Of a DNA stretch of 64,000 nt, positions 18,301 through 26,754 are shown one piece after another. The stretch covers positions 23,330-87,329 of the forward strand of contig BTVV01000012.1 in NCBI GenBank assembly GCA_045863855.1, in the 5' to 3' direction. Position 1 is the stretch's first letter. Each line of letters starts with the position of its first letter. The DNA is from Planctomycetota bacterium. GTDB lineage: Bacteria > Planctomycetota > SZUA-567 > H5-PLA8. Both the position numbers and the translations under genes were made by a program. The notes under the pieces are model-generated. The model did not search any database. It was not told where the DNA came from and saw nothing but the letters and a program-made list of their open reading frames with translations.

Positions 18301-19926
18301 ATGAGCATGAACGAGGATCCGTATCCCGTGCCCGCGGCGCCCTCGGTTCCCTCGGAACCTGCGCCGCCGCCCAGCCGGCGCTGGATCTGGATCGCGCTGC
18401 TCTCGTTCGGCGCGCTCGCGGCTTTCGTAACCTGCACCGTGGCGTACTTCGTGGGCTACGAACGAGGCCGCGGCTTCGAACGCCGGCGCTTCGGACCGGC
18501 CGCGAGCTTCAACGCGCCTTCGCTCCCCGGCGCCTTGCTCCCCGGGGATCCCGCGGAGCGCGACGGACCCTTGCCCGAGAACTGGTGCTTTGCGCCCGAG
18601 CATTGCGCACGGCTGGTCTGGCCGATGGAACTGGTCGCGCATCCCGATTTCCCGGACGGTTACACGCTGCGCGTCCGCCAAGGCGCCAACCGCATCTCCA
18701 CGCCCGACAGCGGGCTGTGCGAGTTCGTCTTCGAGACCGAGGCGCGCGGCGTCTACCAAGTCTGGGTGCACGCCAAGTATTCGGACGATTGCGGCAACAG
18801 CCTCGCCTGCCGGATCGACGGCTCCGAAAAAATCGGCGTCGGGAACCAGAAAGTCTACGGGCGCTGGATGTGGGAATGCGCCCAGCGCCCCTTCCTGCTG
18901 GAAGCCGGGCGGCACCGCCTGCTGGTGCAGACGCGCGAGGACGGACTGGAGTTCGACCGCGTGGCGGTGATCGGCGCGCAGCAGGAAGGCCAGATCGATT
19001 TCGATTCCATGCCGCTCACGCCGCCGCCGCGTTTCGATTACTTGCCGTCCACCGGGCCGCACCAGCAGCCGCTGGGCGGCCTTGAGATGGAAGCGCTGGC
19101 GACCCAAAGCCTGGTCGCGGCGCCCACCCATCGCAACGAGCTGAGTATATTCGTAAGGCTGAACGGCGGCACGCCGGTGAACTGCCGGATCGAATGGTAC
19201 AGCCAAGGAGTGCGCCTGGGCTCTCAGGAATTGCGCTTGGACGCGCATCGCCCGTTCGAAGTGTTGAAGCGGAATCTGATACTGCCGCTCGGACAAGGCT
19301 ACTGGATCCCCGTGGAAGTCCGAGCGTACACGGCCGTCGGCTGCGTGCAGGCGCGCAAGCTGCATTTTGTGCGCCCGTTCGACTGGGCTTTCCTGGGACC
19401 GATCGCGGATCCCGACGGCGCGGGCTTGAACCGGCGGCTCGCCCCTGAAGACCATCTGGATCGTCTGGCTGGGCGGCCAGCCCTGCCCGGCGCGACCTGG
19501 CGCGAGTCGCGCGACGGCGGTTGTTACGACGCGTTCGGCGTGGTGGACCTGAACAAAGTCTTCGGACGCGAGACTCCGCTGTACACGGAGGAACCGGCGA
19601 GCGATCCGCAGATCGCCTACGCGGTGACGGAAGTCTGGGCGCCGGAAGCGCACCACCTGCCGATGAACTTTATCGGTGACGACTGCCTTCAAGCGTGGTG
19701 CAACGGGCGCGAACTGTTCAAGCAATCGGGCGCGACACCGCTCGAAACGAACCTCTTGCGCATCGGCGTGGACACCCGCATGGGCGTGAACACGTTTGTG
19801 TTCAAAATTCCGCAGACGACGCTGGGCTGGCAGTTCCTGTTCGAACCGGACTATGTGATTCCGTACAGCCATCCGCAGGCTTTTACGCCGGTGCCGATCG
19901 AACGGTGGGGAGCGGTGGATGAGTAA
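18301..19926 (+). CDS. Membrane-anchored protein with CBM-like and PA14-like beta-sandwich domains
   Basis: Pro-rich N-terminus, TM segment (WIWIALLSFGALAAF), then G.Y.VW...D.CGNS...REDGLEFDR and WAFLGP...AYAVT...GDD....W.NG patterns. Confidence 0.65.
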   Translation: MSMNEDPYPVPAAPSVPSEPAPPPSRRWIWIALLSFGALAAFVTCTVAYFVGYERGRGFERRRFGPAASFNAPSLPGALLPGDPAERDGPLPENWCFAPEHCARLVWPMELVAHPDFPDGYTLRVRQGANRISTPDSGLCEFVFETEARGVYQVWVHAKYSDDCGNSLACRIDGSEKIGVGNQKVYGRWMWECAQRPFLLEAGRHRLLVQTREDGLEFDRVAVIGAQQEGQIDFDSMPLTPPPRFDYLPSTGPHQQPLGGLEMEALATQSLVAAPTHRNELSIFVRLNGGTPVNCRIEWYSQGVRLGSQELRLDAHRPFEVLKRNLILPLGQGYWIPVEVRAYTAVGCVQARKLHFVRPFDWAFLGPIADPDGAGLNRRLAPEDHLDRLAGRPALPGATWRESRDGGCYDAFGVVDLNKVFGRETPLYTEEPASDPQIAYAVTEVWAPEAHHLPMNFIGDDCLQAWCNGRELFKQSGATPLETNLLRIGVDTRMGVNTFVFKIPQTTLGWQFLFEPDYVIPYSHPQAFTPVPIERWGAVDE

Positions 19927-20002
19927 GAAAGCAAAGCGAAGCTGGCATTCCACGTGCGTAGAAAATATAGGAAGTTTTGCTTTAGCCCCCTTGGAAACTA
20001 CG

Positions 20003-20401
20003 ATGCGCCGGAACGAATCACGCTTGTCGCGAACGGGAGCGCTGCTGTTGTGCGGCGTGGCCTTCGCGCTCGCGTGTTGTCCGGGCGGCGTGGCGATCAA
20101 GCGCGGCGGACCCTGCGGGCAAGCGCTCTGCCCGTGCCCGCTGCAGGCCGAAGCTCCGCCGGCCCATGCGTGCTGTGCGAAACTGCGCTTGGCCCCCGAA
20201 CGCCCGCCTGCCGGCGGTCCGGCGCTTTCGGCGTCCGGTTCGCGCTGGGTGCTGCAGGAAGTTCTCTCGCAGTCCGAAGCCTGTGCCGTTGCCTTGAACT
20301 TCGCTTGTATAAGGAACAAACCCGCGCGCGCGGACACAGCTTCCGTGGCGCCGCCGCTCGCCCCCACGCTGGAAATCCCCACCCCGCCCCCACGCGGCTG
20401 A
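20003..20401 (+). CDS. Cys-rich leader protein with signal/TM segment and C-terminal PTPPPRG (CutF/DUF2946-like regulatory uORF)
   Basis: MRRNESRLSRTGALLLCGVAFALACC..., C-x4-CPC, HACC; ends LEIPTPPPRG-stop just upstream of an outer-membrane protein gene. Confidence 0.65.
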   Translation: MRRNESRLSRTGALLLCGVAFALACCPGGVAIKRGGPCGQALCPCPLQAEAPPAHACCAKLRLAPERPPAGGPALSASGSRWVLQEVLSQSEACAVALNFACIRNKPARADTASVAPPLAPTLEIPTPPPRG

Positions 20402-20496
20402 CGGCGCGTACCGCACCGTCAACCGAACGTACCGCACCGCATGCGGCTCCGCGTGGAGCCGATCGTGCGGCGTTCCCGCATGGGGGAAGTCCGTCA
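20399..20496 (+). promoter_or_regulatory. Structured intergenic leader able to occlude the downstream RBS and start codon
   Basis: TGACGG (20399-20404) is complementary to CCGTCA at both 20416-20421 and 20491-20496. Hairpin CGGCTCC/GGAGCCG at 20444-20461. TTCCC/GGGAA hairpin at 20473-20488 covers the SD. Direct repeat CGTACCGCACCG occurs twice. Confidence 0.5.
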
Positions 20497-21473
20497 TGTC
20501 ATTCAGGTACCTGTTGGCAGGGCTGATCGCGCTGGGGGCGCTGCGCGCGCCGCTGGCGTGCGACAGTTGCAAATGCACGGCCGGCGACCCGGCACGCGGC
20601 GGCGCCTCGGGCATCACCGCCGGGCACGAACACCACGAAGACTACCGCTGGTCGGTGGACGCTTCGTACCACTACAAGAACTGGGACCGGATCAAGCCGT
20701 CCCACGCGCTCGCGATCAACGACACCGCCGGACGCCATACGCATGCCGTGATCGACGAATGGACGGCGAGCATCCGAGTAGGCTACGCGGTCACGCGAGA
20801 CGTCGAGTTGGGTCTGACGCAAGGCTACCGGCACGTGCGGCAGCAGAACGCGACCGATCCGCTCTTCAACGGCGCGCACGAGACCAGCAACGGGATCGAC
20901 GACCTGCGCTTCGATTTTCGCTGGCGCTTCAAGCGCCAGACGGAGGGCGGCTGGCCGGTCGATCTGGCGCTCTTCGGCGAAGGGCTGTTCCCGACGGGGC
21001 AGGTCCACGAACGTGGCGCGAACGGCGCGCGGATCGAAGCCGAGCACCAGCCCGGAACCGGCGGCTTCGCCGGGACGCTGGGGCTGGCCGTCTCGCGCGG
21101 CTGGAACCGTTGGGGCGCCAGCGGCTCGGTGACGTACACGCACAAAACCGAAGGGACGCAGGAATACAAACCCGGCGACGTGCTGCGCGTCAGCGCGAGC
21201 GGAAGTTACCGCGTCTCGCCCGAAAGCTGGGGCACAAAAATCTGGGTCAACCTCGGCGTGCAGGCGCTCTTCGAAAACAAGGCCCAGGAAGACGGCGAGA
21301 AAGACCCCAATCACGGCGGGCAGACGATCTTCGTCATCCCCGGTCTGGCCGTGCAGCCGCTGGATCGCCTGATCTTCAGCGCCTCCTTGCAGCAGCCCGT
21401 GTACCAACAGCTCAACGGCTACCACCAGGAAGAAGACTGGGCGCTCGCGTTCAATACGCGCGTGCGCTTCTAA
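20496..21473 (+). CDS. Outer-membrane beta-barrel transporter (MetA-pathway/SphA-like), putative metal uptake
   Basis: Signal peptide followed by CDSCKC and HEHH, amphipathic beta-strands, GIDDL, PTG, QPGTG motifs, C-terminal Phe. Confidence 0.75.
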   Translation: MSFRYLLAGLIALGALRAPLACDSCKCTAGDPARGGASGITAGHEHHEDYRWSVDASYHYKNWDRIKPSHALAINDTAGRHTHAVIDEWTASIRVGYAVTRDVELGLTQGYRHVRQQNATDPLFNGAHETSNGIDDLRFDFRWRFKRQTEGGWPVDLALFGEGLFPTGQVHERGANGARIEAEHQPGTGGFAGTLGLAVSRGWNRWGASGSVTYTHKTEGTQEYKPGDVLRVSASGSYRVSPESWGTKIWVNLGVQALFENKAQEDGEKDPNHGGQTIFVIPGLAVQPLDRLIFSASLQQPVYQQLNGYHQEEDWALAFNTRVRF

Positions 21474-21512
21474 ATTTCAACCCAACCCAACATCGCACAA
21501 AGGAAACCTGCC

Positions 21513-22169
21513 ATGAAGAAGACCCCGATCCTGTCCCTGGCTTTGCTGCTCGCGCTAGCCGTTCCGGCGTTCGGCGTTCCGGTCGCGCCGCGGCACGGCG
21601 GCGGCGCCGGCGCGTTCGGCCCGCACGGCATCCGCAATCGGCTGGATTTCATGCTCAACGGTTCGCGCGACGGCCGCGACCGCTTGTCGCTCTTGCTTGA
21701 CCTTGGCGAAGAAGCGTTCGACTCGGCGGCTCCCTACGACGAACCGCGGATCGCGACGCTGGTGCTCTCGACCGAGCCGACCGCTCACGAGCACGGCGCC
21801 GCGGCCCCGCGCCACGAGACGCCGGAAAGCTGGACCTACGAGACGACCACGCCCAAAGGATTCAAGCTTTCCGTGCCGGGTACGCGCTTGCGCCTGATCA
21901 AGAAAGGCCGCGGCTTCGCGCTCGACCTATCGCGCGCAACGCTCGACGACTTCAAGGCGATGCTGCACCATTCCGAAGGTACGATCACGCTCTACCTTAC
22001 GCTTTCGCACAATCACCTTCCGCACGCCGACAGCGTGGGTCCGCGGCATGCTCACGCGTTGTACGAAGGTGCGTTCGAAGTGAAGCTCACGCGGCGCGGA
22101 GCGGTGCTGATCGGGCGAGGTACGCCGACGGAAGCCGAGGGTCCTCACGAAAAGGCCGAAGCGTTCTGA
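21513..22169 (+). CDS. Secreted His-rich hypothetical protein
   Basis: Signal peptide (MKKTPILSLALLLALAVPAFG); His clusters HEH, HH, HNHLPH, HAH. AAGGA RBS. Confidence 0.75.
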   Translation: MKKTPILSLALLLALAVPAFGVPVAPRHGGGAGAFGPHGIRNRLDFMLNGSRDGRDRLSLLLDLGEEAFDSAAPYDEPRIATLVLSTEPTAHEHGAAAPRHETPESWTYETTTPKGFKLSVPGTRLRLIKKGRGFALDLSRATLDDFKAMLHHSEGTITLYLTLSHNHLPHADSVGPRHAHALYEGAFEVKLTRRGAVLIGRGTPTEAEGPHEKAEAF

Positions 22170-22178
22170 GCGCAACGC

Positions 22179-25100
22179 TTATTCCGCGCTGAGGACGATG
22201 AGCTGGCCTTCTTTGGTGACGACGTACACCTTGCCGTCGCGAACGGTGACGCCGGCGGGTTCGCCGCCGCAGCGGAAGCGCCAGCGCAGCTTGCCTTCGC
22301 CGTCCAGGGCATAGACTTCGCCGGAGATCGTGCCGAGGAAGACCCCCGCGCCGTCGAAGACCGGCGGCGTGACTTGGTCGGCCAGCGGCTTCTCCCACGC
22401 GGGACGCGGCTCGACGGCGGGCGATTCGCGCGGATAGCTGCGCAGCGTGCCCACGCGGGTGAGCCCGTAAACGCCCTGCGGACCGACCGAAACGGCGGTA
22501 AAGCGGTCCCGCGGATCGCCGGGCTTGAGCACCCAGTTCTTCTGGCCGCGCTCGAAGTTCGCGACGAGAAGCCCGCCGCTGGCGGTGGTGTAAGCGCCCA
22601 GCATTTCGCCGGGCTTCGCGCCCGTCGTCTCGTCGGGACTCGCGGCCACCAGGCGTTCGCCGGCGTCGATGGTCCAGACCTTGCGGCCATCCTCGATCCG
22701 CCACGCGCTGATCTCGCCGCCGCGCGCAGCGGTGACCAACTGGCCGCGGCCGGCCTGGCGCACGCCCGCGATCGGCTCGCAGTCGGGGTACACGGCGTCC
22801 TGGATCTTCTGCTGCCAGAGCGGCCGCGCGGGCTTCTCGACGTCGTAGACGCGCAGGATGCCGTCGGCGCAGACCACGGCGAGCAGAGTCTTGCCGGCCA
22901 GCAGCGTATCGCGGCGCAACACCATCCCGCCCACCGGTTCGACGGGCAATTCCAACAGCCTCTTTTTCGCGCCGTCCGCGCGTGCGATCGTCCAGATTTC
23001 GCGCTGCCGCGTGGCGATCGCCAGATGCGTGGTATCCCACGCCTGCGGCGGCTGGTGAATCTGCCACCAAGTGGGATCGTCGACGAACACTTCCTTGCCC
23101 GAGCCGTCGCTCGCGGGCCGCCGCGTGGCCTTGGTGTCGACCAGTCCTTCGGTGCGCCAGCGCACCCGGCCTTCGGCATCCACGGCCAGCAGTTCCCCGC
23201 CCGCAGCCGCGTAAAGCATGCCGTCGAGCACCACGGCCGGAGCCTGGCTCGCCGCGCCGAGGTTTAACTGGCGCAGCGCCGCACGGCTGAGACTGACCCG
23301 AATATCCAGCTCGTCCACCCGCAAGCCGCGGATCACGCGTTCGAGCGGCGCATACCCGGGCAGCGAGAGCAGCAAGGTCGTCGTCTCGCCCACCGGAATG
23401 TCCAGCGCCAGCGGCGTCTTCCCCGCCACTCTTCCGTTCACCTTCACTTCGGCGCCGGTGGGATCGGTGTCCACCTGGGCCGGAAGCTTGACCTTCTGCG
23501 TAGCGAGATAGCCGCGGTGTTTTTCGAGGAGCCGTTCGTACAGCAGCAGCGCAGCGGGCCGGTCTTGCTTCTCCTGGGCCGCGCGCACCTGCTCGAGCAG
23601 ATCCTTGGCTTCTTTGATCTGCTCCGCGATCTCCGCGGCCCGGTTGCCCAGCCCCTTGGCCTCGGCGAATTCGGCGTACTCGCGTTCAAGCCGGGACAGC
23701 AGTTCGAACGCTTCGTCGCCCGCCCCGCGCGCTTCGGCCAAGCGCGCGCGGTTCAGTCCTTCGCGTAATGCGTTGCGGCGTTCCTGCAACAGCGTGGCTT
23801 GCTTGGCCGCGTCTTGTGCAAGCGGAAGTTCCGGCCAGACGACCCGCGCTTCGGCGAACTTGTCCAGCGCCAGTTCGGCCTTCTGCTGCCGAACCAGTTC
23901 CAGCGCCTCGCGATGCCGAGTCTCCACCGTCTGCGCGATCCCCTCCAGGCGCTTGAGCGCGTCTTTCGCTTCCTGCCGCTGCGCTTCGGACGCGGAGGAC
24001 GCGCCCTCAAGTGTTGCGAAGATTTCCTTGGCCGCCTGGTAGCGCCGCTCGCTCTCGCGCGCCTTGCCTTCCGCGAGCTTCTTGGCCCATTCGGCCTCGC
24101 TGCGGGCATCCTGGAGCTTCTGCAGCTTCTCCTGCACCCGCTTGGTCGACTGGGCCAGCGGATCCTTGAGATGACTCTCGGGATGCTCCCGGCCGAGCGT
24201 CTCGTACGCCGCCAGCGCCTGATTCAAGCCCCCAGTCTCTTCCAGCAGGTAAGCCTGGTCGAAGCGGTAATCGAGTTCGCGCCGAAAGCTCGCGCGCGCG
24301 TCTTCGTAACGGCGCAGCACCAGTTCGGAAAGTTCGCCGTCGGGATCGTTCAGCGTCTTCGCGAACTCTTCCCAGATCGCGATTTCGTCCTGGTAACGCT
24401 GTTCCATGTGCGCGGCCGCGGCCAGATCGACCGCCGCCAGGTACTCGTCGGGCCAGATTTTCTTGCGGCCCATCAGGATGTACGTGACCACCGCATAGAG
24501 AAACAGCGCCACCGCGACCACCGACAGAACGGTGCGCCGGACCACCTTGCGCCGCTGGTAGGCTTCGGCCGCTCCTTTGTGGCTGACGAGATCGTCCTTG
24601 CGCTGGTCCTGGTACAGCTCGGCGCGCAGCTTCGCTTCGGCGGTCTGGTCGAGCATGCGTTGCAAGTCGGCGCGTTCGTTCTCGTCGCGGATCGTTTCGA
24701 GCAGGCGGCGGTAAATGTTCAGCGCGTCGGCGAAGCGCCCTTGCACGCGGTGCTCGCTGGCCAGATAGCGCAGCTTCCCGCTGGGGTACGGCGCGATCCA
24801 GGCGTCGTCCAGAAAGCGGATCACCGACTGGCATACCTGGAAGCGGCCTTGGCAAGAAAGCTTGACGACCGTCTCGAGCGTGCGGCCTTCGCGGATCAGC
24901 CGCAGGATGCGCTGATTCGCGGGCTGCAGCTTCTTGAACAGCTCGTTGCCCTTCTCGGTGACTTCGAAGCATATGTACGGCGTGGGCAGGCGGCTTTGAA
25001 TCTTTTCCCACTCGTCGGTGCGGCCGAACGATTCCTCGATCAGCTTTTTGAGGTCGATGCGCAAGCTGTGGATGTTGGCGCCGCGGGCGCCGCCTTGCGT

Positions 25101-25532
25101 CTGGGCCACCGAGATCAGATCGACCGAACTGCCCTTCGTGTCGAAGGTGTAATCCCCGTCCCGCCACGTGAATAGATCGAGCACCTCTTCTTCGAGCTGA
25201 AAGCGCAACGCCGCGTCGATATCCTGCTGCGAGACGACTTCCTTGAGCACCAGCAGCTCGCCCAGCTTCGGGCGCGGCTCCATCTTCCTCTGCTCTTCCA
25301 GCAGCGCTTCAAGCTTCTCTTCGCTGAGTTTGCCCCGCACCACCAGCAGGTCGCCCAATCGGGTTCGTTCGGCGAGACGGTCGGAGAGTACGGTGACTTG
25401 CCCGTGATCCAGCGCGACGCGCTTTTCACCCATCGACGATGAAACCGACAAGACGCCTGTGGCGCCCTCTTCGGCCAACTGCTGGAACAGCTCAACCAGC
25501 ACACCGTCTTTGATGGGGCCTTGCCATTCCAT
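22179..25532 (-). CDS. Transmembrane signalling protein: DUF4388/MshEN-like N-terminus, TM, TPR helices, PEGA domain, PQQ-type beta-propeller
   Basis: DUF4388 start (LVELFQQL...TGVL.V; LFTWRDGDYTF), two RLG/KLG..L motifs, TM segment (VLSVVAVALFLYAVVTYILM), PEGA (TDPTGAEVKVNGRVAGKTP), propeller repeats (YALDGEGKLRWRF). Confidence 0.85.
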   Translation of the reverse strand: MEWQGPIKDGVLVELFQQLAEEGATGVLSVSSSMGEKRVALDHGQVTVLSDRLAERTRLGDLLVVRGKLSEEKLEALLEEQRKMEPRPKLGELLVLKEVVSQQDIDAALRFQLEEEVLDLFTWRDGDYTFDTKGSSVDLISVAQTQGGARGANIHSLRIDLKKLIEESFGRTDEWEKIQSRLPTPYICFEVTEKGNELFKKLQPANQRILRLIREGRTLETVVKLSCQGRFQVCQSVIRFLDDAWIAPYPSGKLRYLASEHRVQGRFADALNIYRRLLETIRDENERADLQRMLDQTAEAKLRAELYQDQRKDDLVSHKGAAEAYQRRKVVRRTVLSVVAVALFLYAVVTYILMGRKKIWPDEYLAAVDLAAAAHMEQRYQDEIAIWEEFAKTLNDPDGELSELVLRRYEDARASFRRELDYRFDQAYLLEETGGLNQALAAYETLGREHPESHLKDPLAQSTKRVQEKLQKLQDARSEAEWAKKLAEGKARESERRYQAAKEIFATLEGASSASEAQRQEAKDALKRLEGIAQTVETRHREALELVRQQKAELALDKFAEARVVWPELPLAQDAAKQATLLQERRNALREGLNRARLAEARGAGDEAFELLSRLEREYAEFAEAKGLGNRAAEIAEQIKEAKDLLEQVRAAQEKQDRPAALLLYERLLEKHRGYLATQKVKLPAQVDTDPTGAEVKVNGRVAGKTPLALDIPVGETTTLLLSLPGYAPLERVIRGLRVDELDIRVSLSRAALRQLNLGAASQAPAVVLDGMLYAAAGGELLAVDAEGRVRWRTEGLVDTKATRRPASDGSGKEVFVDDPTWWQIHQPPQAWDTTHLAIATRQREIWTIARADGAKKRLLELPVEPVGGMVLRRDTLLAGKTLLAVVCADGILRVYDVEKPARPLWQQKIQDAVYPDCEPIAGVRQAGRGQLVTAARGGEISAWRIEDGRKVWTIDAGERLVAASPDETTGAKPGEMLGAYTTASGGLLVANFERGQKNWVLKPGDPRDRFTAVSVGPQGVYGLTRVGTLRSYPRESPAVEPRPAWEKPLADQVTPPVFDGAGVFLGTISGEVYALDGEGKLRWRFRCGGEPAGVTVRDGKVYVVTKEGQLIVLSAE

Positions 25533-25777
25533 AAGCCGGTTGCCGTTAACTCCTGCCTAGAGCGCCAGAAGGTGCGTGCATGCCTGCTATCAAGTTCTAA
25601 CCGACGTAGCAGGAATGGTTTGTATAGGGACGGGCAGCACAAAGCAAGCCGGTGACATGCCCCTCGCCGGGCCCGTCATCGGTCTTCCCATGCGGCCTTT
25701 TATTACACTAGGCATGTACTTCATCCAGACATACCATGCACATACTTGGTGTTTTTTACCACGCGGAGACGATCTCC

Positions 25778-26752
25778 ATGGCTCCACACGCTGCCGCCGA
25801 ACCGCGCGCCCCCCAATCCGGCGTCGAAATGGCCTTCGACGCGCTCCTGGGAGGCGTGATCGACCGCATCTTCACGGGGCACCAGGCCAGCCGCAGCGTA
25901 CCCGGCTTTCACACCCATCCGGGCGAACAAGTGCTCGTCGGACTGGAAGGCGAAGGAACCTTGGAAATCCAACGCCAAGCCGGTACGGCCCAGGAACGGC
26001 GCGCGAGCTTCCGGTTTGCCGAAGGCGATGTCGCGGTCCTGGGCACAGACAAGCCGCATCGCTGGATCACGCCGACCGGCGAACTGGTGGTCCTGGCGAT
26101 CAACCTCGGGCCGCGCGAGACCGCGCCGCGCAAGCTGGAACCGCTGGCGCAAGACTACGAAGTGGTCGCCGCGAGCCTGCTGGGCGGCGGCATCCCCGAA
26201 GTGTATCCCGGGCTCGTGAAAGGCGATGCGGAGTTCGCGCGCCTCGTGGAGCAGTACCAGGCCGAATCCCGTGTGCGCCGTCCCGGTGTGCGGATTCGCG
26301 TCGGTGCGCTGGCCCTGGAGATCCTGGTGCATCTGGCGCGGCGCTGCGTTGCCACCGATCCGCAGCGCGTCCTCGACGAACGCCGCGCCGCCACCATCGA
26401 ACGGCTCGCCCCGCGCCACTACGTCGAACGCGCGCGCGTGATCATGCACGCCAATTACCGCGCCAGCTTGCCGCTGGAAGCGCTGGCCGAGCAAGTCGGG
26501 CTTTCGGTCACCCACCTGCACCGGCTTTTCGTGGCCGAACTGGGCCAGCCGCCGATGCAGTACATGCGCCAGTACCGCCTGCGCCGCGCCGCCGAAGCGC
26601 TGGCCGGAACCGAGCGCCCCGTCGCGCAGATCGCCCGCGACGTAGGCTTCGCCTCGGCCGAACGCTTCGCCAAGGCCTTTCGCCAATACTTCCAGCAATC
26701 CCCGCGCATGTACCGCGCCGCGGCGCTGAAGGAGGGACGCGCGCTCCTTTAG
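25778..26752 (+). CDS. AraC family transcriptional regulator
   Basis: Cupin FHTHP..PH; C-terminal LAEQVGLSVTHLHRLF...IARDVGFASAERFAKAFRQYFQQSPRMYR. GGAG before ATG 25778. Confidence 0.92.
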   Translation: MAPHAAAEPRAPQSGVEMAFDALLGGVIDRIFTGHQASRSVPGFHTHPGEQVLVGLEGEGTLEIQRQAGTAQERRASFRFAEGDVAVLGTDKPHRWITPTGELVVLAINLGPRETAPRKLEPLAQDYEVVAASLLGGGIPEVYPGLVKGDAEFARLVEQYQAESRVRRPGVRIRVGALALEILVHLARRCVATDPQRVLDERRAATIERLAPRHYVERARVIMHANYRASLPLEALAEQVGLSVTHLHRLFVAELGQPPMQYMRQYRLRRAAEALAGTERPVAQIARDVGFASAERFAKAFRQYFQQSPRMYRAAALKEGRALL

Positions 26753-26754
26753 CG

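Noticed and set aside
16930..20382. 1150-aa ORF suggesting a giant SucC fusion
   Set aside because: SucC homology starts at MNIHEHQAK (18174). The upstream extension is the stop-free antisense of the real + strand genes at 18301-20401.
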